DNA of 64,000 nucleotides from Nageia nagi (Eukaryota > Plantae > Pinophyta), in contig JBITNC010000001.1 of assembly GCA_050084985.1 (NCBI GenBank), forward strand, positions 85,064,001-85,128,000. Reading direction: 5' to 3'. The notes below the pieces were generated by a model. It saw only the letters and a list, made by a program, of their open reading frames with translations, searched no databases and was not told where the DNA came from. Both the position numbers and the translations under genes were made by a program. Positions 1-13,224 of the stretch are shown here, piece by piece (position 1 is the first letter of the stretch; the number at the start of each line of letters is the position of its first letter).

Positions 1-1868
1 TAGTTGTGGCAAGGTTGAATCTAAACTTGATGTAACCAAAGAAAATGATAAGATAATCAAAATTTATCATTTTTTGATTCAATTTTTGAAATAAGGACCT
101 TTTTGGATTTTGAACCATGATAAGAATTATCTTTCGCTTTTTAGTATGTAGAATGTACACTTGGCATTGAAAATAGGATTTCGATGCTCATCATTCAATG
201 GTCGAGTAGGATCAAATTCCACTCATATTGAGGGTAGGTGTTTGTGATCAAAATTAGAGGATGATATTAAATAGTTTCATAGAAATTAATTTCCATGTCA
301 ATGCCTAGACTATGCACCTACCTCTAAGGTGAAAGATACTACCCAATGGTCCAAACTCTTTTTGTGATGAAAATAAGATGTGATCTTGAGAAATCATTAT
401 TTTTGTATATTTAATTATTTAATTATTATGTATTATTTGTTTATCAAGGAAAATAATAAATTTTTTCTAGTTACCTAACTTCAAGAAAAAGTGAAAAAAT
501 TATTGATCAAAAATTGGTGGTAACATAGGCTTCTATTTGTCTTGATTGGATTTGGAATCATAGTTTTAGACATTTTATAAAATCTTGCAAGTATTCAAAT
601 CTTGAATTTCTTTTTTTGATTCTTTTTGGATGAGTTATTTGGTATCTATATGATGGGAAAACTAATCTATATATTATCTTATTTATCTCTTCTATATGAG
701 TAGATCTACCTACATTTATTGTAAGGCTTTGAATATGCAAAAATATATGCATTTTTTAGTGATTACTTCATCATGTGTATGATCTTCTTGTACTTAGTGC
801 ATATTCAATTTAATCTTTTGACATCCAAATCTCCATAATTTCTCATGCATTGCAACCCTGACTATCCAAGCTATTCCATTAGGGTACCTTCTCTCTCAAT
901 GTGTGCATTTCCTTCTCACCATTCATATCTATACAATATCTTCATTCTTCTATATCCTTAGTTCTATGAGTTCATGATTTTCATTGCATTGTGATTGACT
1001 ATGAGGTCTTCATTCTTCATGTAGCCCTCTCTTGCCTTCATTATCTTTCCCAACATCACTTGGTATCTCCCCACTAAATGATAAATTATTCCTTATGGTA
1101 TCCATAGTCTTTGCATCTCGCCTCTCATATTCCTATGCATATTTGATTTATGTGTCATGCATAACTTGTGTAGAAGATATATAAGAATTGAGCACCCCCT
1201 GTATCATACTTCTTTGTGATCTCAATATATCATGATCAAAAAGGTGCCTTATCTACACTTTGACACATCTACACTCATACTTTTTCATATGATCGTATCA
1301 TGTTTTTGCTTGACCTGTAGATCACATCCTTTTGAGCTCTCCATAGGAACCTGATATGCCTAATGTTCACTACTCGAACTCACCTGCAACCCTCTAAGAT
1401 CCATTTAGCCTTTGTGGCTCCTTTCAATGACTTGCATAGATCCCCTTAATGCTCACACACTTCCCTCCTCATATCTATGTTACAAATTCATTTTATAGGT
1501 ATGAATTTAATTTTTTTTAAAGATCCTATAGTTTTTTGAAAATTAAAAAAAAAACATTATTTAAATTTTAAAAATTAGATAAATATTTTAGCTTTTTAAT
1601 ACTATAAGGGGTCATTAAATTAATTTTTGGAAGTATAGGCATTTAATATCATAACTTGGGTAAATAGACTTGCATTAGAGTGCCATTTTTTGCATTAGAA
1701 AGGAGAAGTCGAGAACTTTACAATAATTTATATTATAAACTTTGATAGTAATTGTTTTAGTGAGATATCCTTTGAATGTGTGAATAAAATATTTTGATGG
1801 GAGTGTATCTATGCTGATTTAGTGCATCACATTGTTGCTTGGTTCTTTGATTTACTTAGAGTTTTGAG

Positions 1869-2450
1869 ATGGATCATTCACCATTTAAAATTCAATCTCT
1901 CACACCTCATAATTATTAGACTTGGAAATAATGAATATTGAAAGTATTAACATAAAGAGCACTAAACATAATCATTAAGGAGAAAAAAATCACATTCAAA
2001 TTAGAATATACAAATTGATCCTTCACAAAGGCAATTGGTTAAACATTTGGATTAATAAAATCAAATGTTAATGAGAGTTTATGGTTTCATATTGATAATG
2101 TAACTATATAATATGAGGTATGGGATAAATTAAAATCATTATTTGGTAAATTTGACACAATGAGAGCCATCTAAATTGATGCTCAACTTATTGCTTTATC
2201 TCTTGATGACTATCCCACCATGGTTTATTGTCACTAAATTTAAGGAGTTTTACACACAATTGTTGGGTAGTGGAAAAAATAAGAAATAAGAAGAATTAAT
2301 TTTTTATTTTATCAAAATTGAAAGGCCTATTTCATGTATTTGCTTCTACATTCCTCTCTTCAATGGATGATAAATTCATAATGCCTAAGTTGAAAGAATT
2401 GTTTAAACACCTTACAAGGGAAGAGACTAACTCTAGCCAAATTCATGAAA
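1869..2450 (+). mobile_element. Degenerate Ty1/Copia gag fragment
   Basis: ATG at 1869 reads MDHSPFKIQSLTPHNY*TWK...YEVWDKLKSLFGKFDTMRAI*IDAQL and continues into ORF 2318 (FHVFASTFLSSM..MPKLKELFKHLTREE). These are Copia gag (UBN2-type) motifs with stops; the fragment is truncated at ~2450. Confidence 0.75.
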
Positions 2451-2500
2451 TGATTTGCATCATAGATCTAAGTATGGAAGTGTGTGGGTATCAAGGGGGA

Positions 2501-2890
2501 TTAACCCTTAAATTATAACCATAACTATAAATTCTAACCCTAAACCTTAATCACTTACCTTAAACTTAACCCTTAACCCCTTACCCTAACCATTTATCTT
2601 TACCCTAACTATAACACCCAACTTTTAAATCCCTACCCCTAAACCCTAACCTCTAACCCAAATCCTTAATCCCTAACCCATACCCCCTACCTTAACCTAT
2701 TACCTTAACCCATAATCAAAATCCTAACCCTTACCTTTAACCTATAAACCCTAACCCCTAACACCTAACCCCTAATACAAACCCCTTACCTTAACCTATT
2801 ATCCATTACCATAACCCTTAAACCTTACCCCTTAACCCTACCCTTAAACCCTAATTGTTAAACCCTAACACTTAAACCCTAACCCTTAAA
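2501..2890 (+). repeat. Degenerate telomere-like (CCCTAA/CCCTAAA) tract
   Basis: Dense AACCCTAA, AAACCCTAAC and TAACCCTTA variants over ~390 bp. Confidence 0.85.
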
Positions 2891-2897
2891 TATTTGA

Positions 2898-3125
2898 CAT
2901 AGGTTAGGATTAACTTAGTAAAAATTTAACTTATGTTACACTTAGGTTAGAAAAACTTTGACTTAGGTTAGTAAAATTTTTACTTGGCTAGCTTAGTAAA
3001 AACATGATTTAGATTAGATTTAGGTCAATAAAAATTTGACTTATGTTAGACTTATGTCGCTAAAACTTCAACTTGGGTTAGAGTTATTAGGTTAGTAAAA
3101 ATTTGAGTTAGATAGATTTATTATG
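2898..3125 (+). repeat. TTAGG-rich short-period repeat, opposite polarity to the preceding tract
   Basis: Repeated (TT)GACTTAGGTTAG(TAAAAATT) units. Confidence 0.7.
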
Positions 3126-3521
3126 TTACGAATAAAAAATTGATGTATGTTTTAAAATTAACTCTAATAATTTAATACTTTATTTTTTCTTTTAATATAC
3201 ACTAATAACATTAAATCTTTGATTTGTGATAATTTATGTGTTATTAATTAATTATGATTTGATATTCATGAAATGATTTTTAAGTTATGAGTACTTACTA
3301 ATATTTATTTAATTATCATTTACATGATTCTTTTGGAGAGCCTATTGATCAGGTGGTTGCAAGGAATATAGATCAGACAAAGGAAGAACACCATGGAAAC
3401 GAGCATGATGATAGTGATGGATATGGAGTAGGGGATAATGATGAGAGTAATGAGGGTTTCTAGATTGAATGATAATACTTATGATAGTGATTAGTGTACA
3501 TGTTCATTACATATAATTTCC

Positions 3522-3555
<34 letters not shown>
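3522..3555. repeat. (TA)n microsatellite
   Basis: Read directly from the sequence. Confidence 0.95.
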
Positions 3556-4374
3556 TATCTATGTAAAATTCAATATATATAGCATGTTTATATATTGTAT
3601 TTTTAATATATTTATAAATCATATTGTGTTTCAAATTTTTGCTTCCATTAAATTTAATAATATTTAATTAGTTTGATTTAAATTAAATTTATTTAATTCA
3701 ATTAAATATAATTAATAAAAATTAATTTATTTGAATTAATTAATTTAAAAATTTATTCAATTAAATTTAAAAAATCAAAAAACAAAATACAAAAAAATAT
3801 CATTAAAATATGCAAAAATTCAAAAATATCATTTAAAAAATGCAAAATATTAAGTTTTTTCAAATCAAAATTCTCAACATTATGTCTAACAAAAAAAAAA
3901 TAAAAAATAATGTATTTTCTAATCATAAATGTGATGGAAGTAGTGACAGTATATAACAAGATTTTTGACAAAAATCTTAATTGTGATGGTGATATTTTTT
4001 GATGAAACACCTAATAAAATGAAACCAAAATTTCTGATGGACACATTAACGCCACCCATAATGTCAGATACTTAAAAAAAATACATTAGGGTTTGATGTT
4101 ATTCCATATGCCTGATCCCTATTTTCTTATAGTGGTTAGTATCTTAAATAACAAAGAGAGTGATCATAAAGTGGTCATAATGAAGTGATCATAATAAAAG
4201 AATAACAATATTTTATCATAATAATTATAACATGTACATAAAGATCATAAGTCATACATATGAGAGATAAAGGAGTTAAAGGAGATAACCTTTGCATTCC
4301 TAAGGGCATGCCCCTAGGTTAATTATAATAATATGCCCCAACATCGATGTTGGGTTATATTGATAAAACTGATA

Positions 4375-4560
4375 GACTTGAAAACCATAGCTTAATTGAT
4401 AGAATTAACAAGCCATGATTAAACTAATGGACTTGATAAACCATGATTTAATTGATGATTTTGAAAAACCATGACTAAACTAATGGAATTGATAAACTAT
4501 TACTAAAATAACAGACTTGAAAAACCATGACTGAACTAACAAACTTGATAAACCATTACA
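4375..4560. repeat. 28-bp tandem repeat, ~6.5 copies
   Basis: Consensus approximately GACTTGATAAACCATGACTAAACTAATG. Confidence 0.85.
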
Positions 4561-4779
4561 AAAGAACCAATGAATGTAACCATACAAACATAAAGAAATG
4601 ATGCTTAATTATATCCCCAACCAATAAAGGTATTGAACATAAGTGATGGTTAATTATACCCCCAAACAACAAAGGGGTTGTATGTGATACATGATTTAAT
4701 ATAAGCTACATAAAGATGCATAACTAACCTATATAAAAATGTAGTTCTAGCCTAAATGATAAAGAAGGGGAACATTACT

Positions 4780-7250
4780 TAGTGAGTGTCCTTGCAAGAT
4801 ATAACTTTGATTTTTATTCCCTTTGAATGAAGCATCCTATATTGAATATTTAGTAGAATATAGTAGATAAGTAGATTCATTTTTCTTAACCTTATTAATA
4901 CATGTGTAAGTTCTCCTAGGAAATTTTGATATTTTCCTTGATTTGGTTCTACAAGACTAATGTTACCCCTAGTGTTGGTGTTTCCCTTAATGTTGGCACT
5001 CTTCCTAATGTTGATATTTATCTATTTCATGATGTGAAAGATCTAAGAGTTGTGATATATATAATAAGTATATATATGAACTTATATACCCTAATACCAA
5101 CTTCTTTAATTTCATATTCATGTACTTCCTTTTTATGTTTGTCATCTTCATCATTATAGATAATCATATTGACTTCTTGTTGAATATATTCACTTATTTT
5201 AAGAGGGAAACATTATCTTTTGATTGAGTTGAGCTAACTTATCTAAAAGAACCAAATGTTTCTCCAAGGGAACTTGTAGTAATGTTATCATGAATGAAGC
5301 AACTCTTTAAAATATCATGAATAACTTCTCTATGATCATTAGATTTCATACATAAATCATATGAGTTAATTTTATCATAAAAAGAAACATAATCATGAAA
5401 GAGTTTAGTATTACCTCTTTTCTTACCTTGTTATGTATAGGCATAATCTTCTTCAAATATAACCATTTTGACCATATTGTTATCTCCTTGATCATCAAAT
5501 TCCTCTATAGTCTCTTTATTAGATTCCCAATTGGTAACATAATTAACTTTTCCCTTTTCTAAACATTTATACAATTTCTTCTTCATTTCCACACACCCAT
5601 TAGTAGAATGATATTTTATTTTATGATATATAAATAATGATTATTTTCCTTATACCAATGGGGCTTCTCTTAATCTTCTCCATATTCTCTTCCCTTTTTA
5701 GGTTCTATCATCCTTTTTCTAAAAAATATTTAAACATTTGTATAGGATCTATGGTGTACTACCTAAAAAATAACCCTATCAATAAATAGGATAAAGCATG
5801 TTACAACCAACAACAATTCTTTTATTTATTTTTTAGTAGACCTTAATAATCAATTTACAATGAAAAATCTCATGTCAATTTGTGATGTATAATAATGCCT
5901 TTTATAGTAAGGTCTTTTATGTTTGTGAAGGGAGATATAGGATCCCTTAGGCCTCCTCTAATTTAGCCCATTGATGTTTGCAAGCCTTCAGTAGTGTCCC
6001 CAAAACCTATAAGAAAATGTTGATGATGATATTTGATTGCTCAATAGTTCCTTGGATTTCTTCTATTCAAACCAGCTACTATGCATATGCAAATAAGAAA
6101 CATAATACAATTGTGAAAGTATGACATAATACAATCATGAAAGCATGAAAAAAAGTAATGTAATTACTCACTACAAGTCTAAATGTATTTTAGTAGAGTA
6201 TCATTGCATAAAATTTAGATCCTTTTATCCCTAGGAGAAGGTTTAATTTATAGAATTTTCAAATGGCCAAAGTTTCTATTTTGGAGGTAAGGACTCAATA
6301 TAAAAGCTCATCTAGCCTTGTCATAAGGTTTATCCATGTGGAAGGATGTAGGATTAAGGACAAGTCATCCAAGATCCACTGGCTTATTTCCTTGGGTGCC
6401 CATATTTTTCCATTTTTTCTTTGATTTTTCTATTTGCAGGATTGTTAGTGATTGTGTGTTCCACATTACTGATTGGATTGGGTTGTTGATGACTCTATTG
6501 GGTCACCAATGACTAAAAGGGTTTAAGAAAAATTATTATTTGTTTAAATTTATATTCCCTTCTTTTTGTTTATCGAAAGAAGGGTCATTTTTGGATGTCT
6601 ATATATGGGTATCTGGTAAAAGCATTCTTTTTTTCTTCTTTTGCACTTAGTTTGGTACTATTAATTTGAGTATCCTCCTTTCTTTCAAATGAATTTTAAG
6701 GATTATATTTAGCATTAAAGGATGCATTTTAACTTGACCAACTCTTACATATATATTTTTCTTATTTTCATCAATGTATGAACCATATCCATGAAAGGGA
6801 ATTTTACATAATCAATAATAATATATTGAAGAAGAGGAATAATATTTTAAAAAAATACCTTAGATACAAATTTATATTTTATGGATCCATTTTGAGATCT
6901 CCATATCTTCACATAACTTTATGCAAATTTGTCCAATATTTTAGATTGAACTTGCTTACAATGTATGCAATATTTCAAATCAAGAGGCTTATTAATATTG
7001 CATTTGAAGTGATTTTTAAATCTATTCTTCAAATACTAACATTATGTAATTGAAGTAGGTACCAAATTGTGAAACTATTACCTTTCCTCACTGATCAAAC
7101 TCATAGAGAGGTATATCCTTTAAATAACCATTGATTTCACACTTCATCTCCATTATATATCCTTACAAATAAGTAATTGGATATCCTTCATGATTAAAAT
7201 TTTCAATTTATGTTACCTACCTATACCAATGATAATAATAATTATGATAT
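4780..7250 (-). mobile_element. Degenerate Ty3/Gypsy (Athila/Tat-like) gag, interrupted by a solo LTR
   Basis: Minus strand reads FHNLVPTSIT...LKNRFKNHFKCNINKPLDL...CKQ (Retrotrans_gag-like) and EKPHWYKEN...HSTNGCVEMK (decayed Cx2Hx4Hx4C knuckle). The reading continues across the 5755-6603 insertion. Confidence 0.6.
5755..6603 (-). mobile_element. Solo LTR (family A), TSD TATGG
   Basis: Runs TGTACTACC...GGATGTCTATA (terminal CA decayed to TA), flanked by TATGG at 5750-5754 and 6604-6608. Homologous to 28501-29335. Confidence 0.85.
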
Positions 7251-10200
7251 CCATGATCAAATGGCTTTCTATATTGTATGTACTGATGAAACTTGTAGCT
7301 AGCTATTTCTAGAGTAATTCAGCCTTCTTTCTCACTACCTAAATTATTTTGTTATCAAAGTGAGGATATTCGAAGGTGTGTCCCCAACATTAGCACTATC
7401 CCCAATGTTTATGCTAGGATAATATTGCTTAATATTATTATCATGCCTTTAAATATGCTAATTTTGCAAAATATGATCTCCAAAAATTACCAACATATCC
7501 TAGTATGAAATAAATTTATGTGAGATAAGATTTTATAATGTGGAAACTCACTAAATCACCTAAAATACAATTATTTTATTTCTTAACCAAAACCTTAGAA
7601 AAATGCTTGCAATAATCCCAATTTCACCTTCCAAAAGATACCTATCATGAATATAGAGGATTTAGGAAAAATTATAAGGCATACACATCCACCAAATCTT
7701 TGAAATTAAGGCTCAAATTTGTACAATTTTAACCAAAATGAAATTCTACAAAAAAAAAAAAAAAACTTTCAAGTTTTCAATAATTTTATAGAAATAAAGC
7801 TTTCTAATTTTATGAAAAATAAATATAATTCAAAATCTAAAGATATTAACCCCATACTAAATGTATTATGTAACCCTAGCATACATGCATGTAGGAGCAT
7901 GAATGATGAGCCCTAAATATGTAACACTAATGCTAATGATAGTGGGCATGTTGAGCATCCTATGAGTGGAGTTTGCAACCAAGATCCAAAGTGCATTAGT
8001 ACATCTATAACCTAATTAAAACATATAATTATGAAAGATGGAGTGACAGAGATACTTGAATGATAATAAGATCCCAATCTCAATATGTAGTGTTGAGAAA
8101 CATCTAATATTTTAGGTACCAAATATCAAGAAGTATCTTTATGCTTTACCATATAATCATACCTACCCTTAAATATGCAAGAGAACCTCAACATATAAGT
8201 TGGTACTAACATTGGGGTATCTTACACAAATAAATACAAAATTATATGAGAAGTATCTTTTGTGATGTATCACCCCTCATAGAGGTTCCAACCCTTGTGA
8301 TATATTTGCATTCATTTATTGTGTGAATAATTTACATTTGAGTAATAAGAGGTATGATAATTTTTTGGTTTTAAATGATCTATATGTCTTTATGTTGCAC
8401 AATGTTTAACCATTTTTCATACTATACAATCAAATGAATCATGGCAAGATAAACTCATATTAATCCTAGACAAAGAATAGGGATTATGAGTTTGGACAAA
8501 GCCCAAACTCCCAATGCATTTCAATAAGAGTTATAGTATCTTTATTTTCTCTATAATTTTATTAAATTCAATAAAGGATTTTTGTTAAAATTAAAAAGGA
8601 TAGTGGCTTAACATGAGGGGTTAATAATCTAACCTAGGGTTAGTGGACTAACCTAAGAGGTTAGTAGTCTAACCTAATTGTTAATCTAACCAATGTGTTA
8701 GTGATATTATCATATTAGAAGGATTTTAATTAATAATAAGACATAATGTTAATACCTACACTAATCTACACTTGACCACATTCTACTCTAATTCATAAAT
8801 AAAACATTATAAACCCTAAAAATTAAAACAAATTGTACCTATTGCAAAATACTAATAATGAATAAGTTCCTATTAGGTAATTCCTCATGCATTTCAAATA
8901 TGGGTACCATGAAAATTACCTAATCAATATTATTATGATGACTATTAATGGTGGTGATGGGAGGAATTGATGGGAGATGATGGTTCATTAACACATTCAA
9001 TTGGAGCATCCACCTATAGAGTACTTCATCATATTTGCTAATTATCAAGGTATAGATAAAATATTTGTTATTATGATAGGCTTGTGTGGTTCCTACCTTT
9101 GCTTAACATTATAGGTTATTTGGTTAGTGTTCAATTTAGAAATTATTAGGGTTTAAGGGTGTATTAATATGGTTGTATTATTTTTTGGTGTGTTACTTTG
9201 TAGTTATTTGAAAAACATAGTGTGTAAACATAAAAGTAAGATGTGTTTTATGGTTTTTATATAAAGTATGGGTTGTTTACTATGTTCTTTCTTGTATTTA
9301 AAATGAATGAATTGAAGGAAATTTATGGGCATCATTTTGAGGTTAATGACAACTCACCTATTGTATTTGATGTTTGCATAACCTATGATGGGATTAAAGA
9401 GGTAATACCTTAAGCTCATTGTTTATTCATAAATAGCCCTATTTGATAGGGATTGTAATCCTCTTTTGGGTGCTAAAACCTATACTATTTCTAAAATATA
9501 CTTGATTTTTAACCTAACTAAACCTAAAACCATTCTACCCTTACTTGTGTTTAGCTTTGTACTCCTATAATGAATAATGTAATGTTACTGGTGATAAATT
9601 TGTTCATGGTTGAGATGAGAAACCATGATAATATTTTAATAAATGGATAATAGTGTACTTGATTTAGTTATTTACATAAAATGTGTGGTTGTATCATTGT
9701 TAAATGAATGTGTATATTATTTTTCAATTTTTATGTTTACTATTGCTAATGTTGTAAAGGTAGAATTATTTTATGAGAATGATTTGCTTAAGAAATATTT
9801 AATTAATAAACCAATCCTTAATTATTTAATCAAATGTTTTCCCTACTAATATTATAAATCTCATCCTTCTTGTCTAAAATTGAAGTACATATTTGCATTG
9901 AAGGAGATGCAACATATGATTGGCCTTAAAATACTGTGTTCTTGAACCTATCCCTTTTTGTTATATAAATTCTATACTTGTATACCAATTTTGTATAAGG
10001 AAAAAATCAATGTGTACATATTTGAAATTGTTGTAATGTTATAAGGAGGTTAATATGGCTGGAAGAGCCCTAACTTTATAGGTTGTTAGTAAACTCTACA
10101 TATGATCTTGTTTTGGCATCTAGACATGTTGTATAAATTCAAATTATATAATGTTTAATCAATTTGTATACTAATGTTGTAATGCTTATGTTTTTATAAC

Positions 10201-11466
10201 TTCATTAACCAAAATTGTGATTACTATGTGTATTCTATTATTTAAATATGGTTTCATGGTGATTTATTGATGTTGATATATAATGGTTCAGCTTACAATT
10301 AAAGGGTGTGGTGAACTCATATATACTTGACATGTTTTAGCTTTGTTATCAAATATTTATTTTTCAAATAAAAACTTGTATCTTGTAATAACAATAGTAT
10401 CTATGATCTTATTTGTATGAATTCTTATGGAATTATCCCTATATATTTTAACCAATTATTGATAAAAGGTGCATATTACAGTATAGTCAATAGCAATTTG
10501 GAGGAATGCTCCTCTTGCACATAGGTGTAATAGTGGGGTTAGTGTTGAGTCTTATTATGGCTATGGAATAACAAAAAATTACCCCCTTGATCTCAAACTA
10601 ATTTGCAAGTGAATTCACCCTTTAAGGCTTAGATATGTATTATAAATAAATAGTTGTGTTCTCTTTAGAGTGATCATAATTGTAGCAAGGTCTAGTATGG
10701 CTATTTAGCAAGGGAAAAGAGATTATCCTTTCTACACTTGAAATGTGGTTGAAAGCAAAATTTACCCTAACATACATTTATATTCTTGTCCATATTAATA
10801 CTTGTTTGTATTTAAGGGAGTTCATCCTAGAAATAGGGTTTGTATCGATACTCATGGAATGGTTTTCCACCTTCAAACATAGATATTTTATCTTAACCAT
10901 TGTATACCTCATGATTTCAAGTGTTTGTTTCTATCTCTTAAATAAATTAAAGTATGGCCACTAGTTGAAAAATAAACTCTTTTGGCTATTTAAATATTTA
11001 GATTAAAACTATCTAAGGAAACTTGAGGATGAGTAAGAGGAAAATAGATTATCCATAGATAATCTCCTAGGAAGTAAATATCAAATTTACACCTAAGGTG
11101 CATGTATGATAATGAGGTGGGTAAGAAGATTGAAGCTACTTTCTCTTCCATCCATTATAAATACCTAAATTTTGGGTCCTACAATGATCATTTTGTGCAA
11201 AATAAATCATGTTGATATCTATGTTTGCAACATAGGATAAGGAATCCTAGATATTAACCAATGCTATAAAGTGAAATAATTCACCTAGTAAAAAAATAAA
11301 GATATTTTTTCTTAATTCTCTCTTTTTATTACTAATAGGTTATTTGGTTCTTTACATTACTATTAGAGTCTTTGTTAGGCCTAATGGTATTAAGGGGCGT
11401 ACACCCTTACCATTTTGCATTGCAAAATTCATGCCTCCTCAAACTCATAATAGATAAGATATACCT

Positions 11467-13220
11467 ATGGATGATCAAAATGATGGGCTAAGAGGTGGCC
11501 CTTGTGGTGGTCCTCATGGTGGGCATCGAGGTGGCCTTAGGGGTAGACTTAGAGATGATCATATATCTAGGTGGAATGGACCTCATAATGCTAATAATGA
11601 TCAAGATCATGATAAAAATTATAATGATGAGCAAAAATAAAATAATGATCAAGACCAAAACCTAAGTCTAGAAAATGCTATTATTGTAGTTATGAATGTT
11701 GTTATGACCAAAATGAGATAATAATTGCAATAATAACAATAGGATCTAGAAGACTTATGAAGATCCCAATAAGAGAATAATCAAATAATCATTTATCTAA
11801 TACCAATTAAGGAAAAGAGGGCTTAAGTGGCGACAAATCTATTCAAGGATATAAGGGTGGGTGTATGAAGTTGGGTCCACTTTAAGGCAAAAAAATGGAA
11901 GTGTTTTCCTTGATTTTTAAGTTTGGGTATGATTGATCTCAAATATTGATGCACTTAGACATGGAATCATGAAAAAGATCAATGGGGTTAAAATGTATTG
12001 GCCAGATTCTAGTTTTGAAATATATAATTTTTTCTAATACCCATATCATCAATTTTAAAATTTGATAGGATGAACAAAATCCAATTTTTTAAAAAACCAT
12101 ATTTTTAGACTATATCATGCACATGTTCGTTCACCATAATTTGACTAAAATAAAGGTATTTTTTAGAATCCTTTTAGAAAATGATACCTAACACATTGAA
12201 GCTTTTCCATAATATTTTTCCATAATTTTTGAATCAATATTTTATTTTTTATTAATTTTGTATTAGGCATGTTTCTAGTTTTGAAAAGTGCTTATGTCTG
12301 TCCACCATAATTTGATCTAAACTTAATCTTTTTTTTATGTTTTTTCTTATTCTTATAGAGAATTCCATGAAGCTTTTCCTTGTATAATTTATTTTTCATA
12401 AATCCTAAAAAAAAACTTATTAAGAAAATCTAAGACCCTTATATTTCAAGCATATGGACCATATTTACTAAAAAATATAAAATCTTATGCAATTGTTTAA
12501 AAATTACATATTTGAAATCTACACTCTTTAATCTATAATGGGTTTTAATTTCATGAAAAAATTCTATCAAAAACTCCATCAAACTTATGCATGAAGTTGA
12601 AATTTTCCATTATACTTACCATGAACATATACTTTTAGGTCCAAGACTACTTGTTGGTTCACCAAGCCAAGCTTTTAAGCCTAAGTTTGAGGTAAAGTTC
12701 TAGATTCACATATCAAGATCTTGATATTTGTACTTATTTTTTCTTTAAATATTGAGATCCATATATTTATTAGGATGCTAAACCTAAATTGGGTACCTAA
12801 TTTTTCTGACTTCAAGTTTTAACTTTGCAAATTTTCCCCACTTCCCCTTAAATTGGACCCAACTTCTTGCTTTCACCCCTAAGTCATGTTGATACAACTA
12901 AATTCACTAGTAATGTACACCAAGCTAAAGGGTTTCTATATGAATTATAGTTATACTTTATGATAAGAGGGTGTGGGGACTACTCCTACACTTCTTATCC
13001 TAGTATCCATTTAGATGAAATAGCTTTGGATTGGTGGAGTACTTGCCTTGAGAAAACTAAATAATAATCTTTAAATATTAATTGGGTGAACTTCAAGAAG
13101 CTCTCAAAGAGAAGGTTTATGAACAACTAGTTTATCTCTAAAAGGAGAACTAAGTATGCATAATTTGTTCAAGCCAATCTATCTTTAGAAGCATACCATC
13201 ATAAATTCACCCAACTATAG
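11467..13220 (+). mobile_element. Degenerate Ty3/Gypsy (chromovirus-like) gag split by a MITE
   Basis: Starts MDDQNDGLRGGPCGG; after the MITE reads HLDEIALDWW...INWVNFKKLSKRRF...FVQANLSLEAYHHKF (Retrotrans_gag). Possible LTR end plus decayed Met-PBS at 11351-11370 (TTTACA TTACTATTAGAG). Confidence 0.7.
11855..12879. mobile_element. PIF/Harbinger (Tourist-like) MITE, ~1 kb
   Basis: Left TIR GGGTGGGTGTATGAAGTTGGGTCCACTTTAAGG and right TIR CCTTAAATTGGACCCAACTTCTTGCTTTCACCCC, with TAA on both flanks. No coding capacity. Confidence 0.85.
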
Positions 13221-13224
13221 AATT

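Larger units (their letters stand above)
2460..4134. mobile_element. Terminal part of a CACTA (En/Spm) DNA transposon
   Basis: Ends ...ATTTTCTTATAGTG at 4134, whose reverse complement is CACTATAAGAAAAT, a CACTA-type TIR. Contains an acidic exon-like segment at ~3338-3460 (EPIDQVVARNIDQTKEEHHGNEHDDSDG) and telomere-like repeats. No matching left TIR seen. Confidence 0.55.

Noticed and set aside
1-1860. Possible LINE or other TE coding remnants
   Set aside because: No motif could be identified with confidence on either strand; left unannotated.
2501-3125. Ancient telomere-telomere chromosome fusion site
   Set aside because: A fusion gives G-rich then C-rich on one strand; here the order is reversed and the second tract is a longer-period repeat.
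4375-4560. CRISPR-like array (also considered for 58969-59450 and 20650-21150)
   Set aside because: Units are contiguous or have homologous spacers, the context is eukaryotic TE, and there are no cas genes.
8300-10480. Exon-like patches and TAACC/GGTTA short repeats suggesting a DNA-transposon interior
   Set aside because: No TIR, TSD or recognisable protein motif found.
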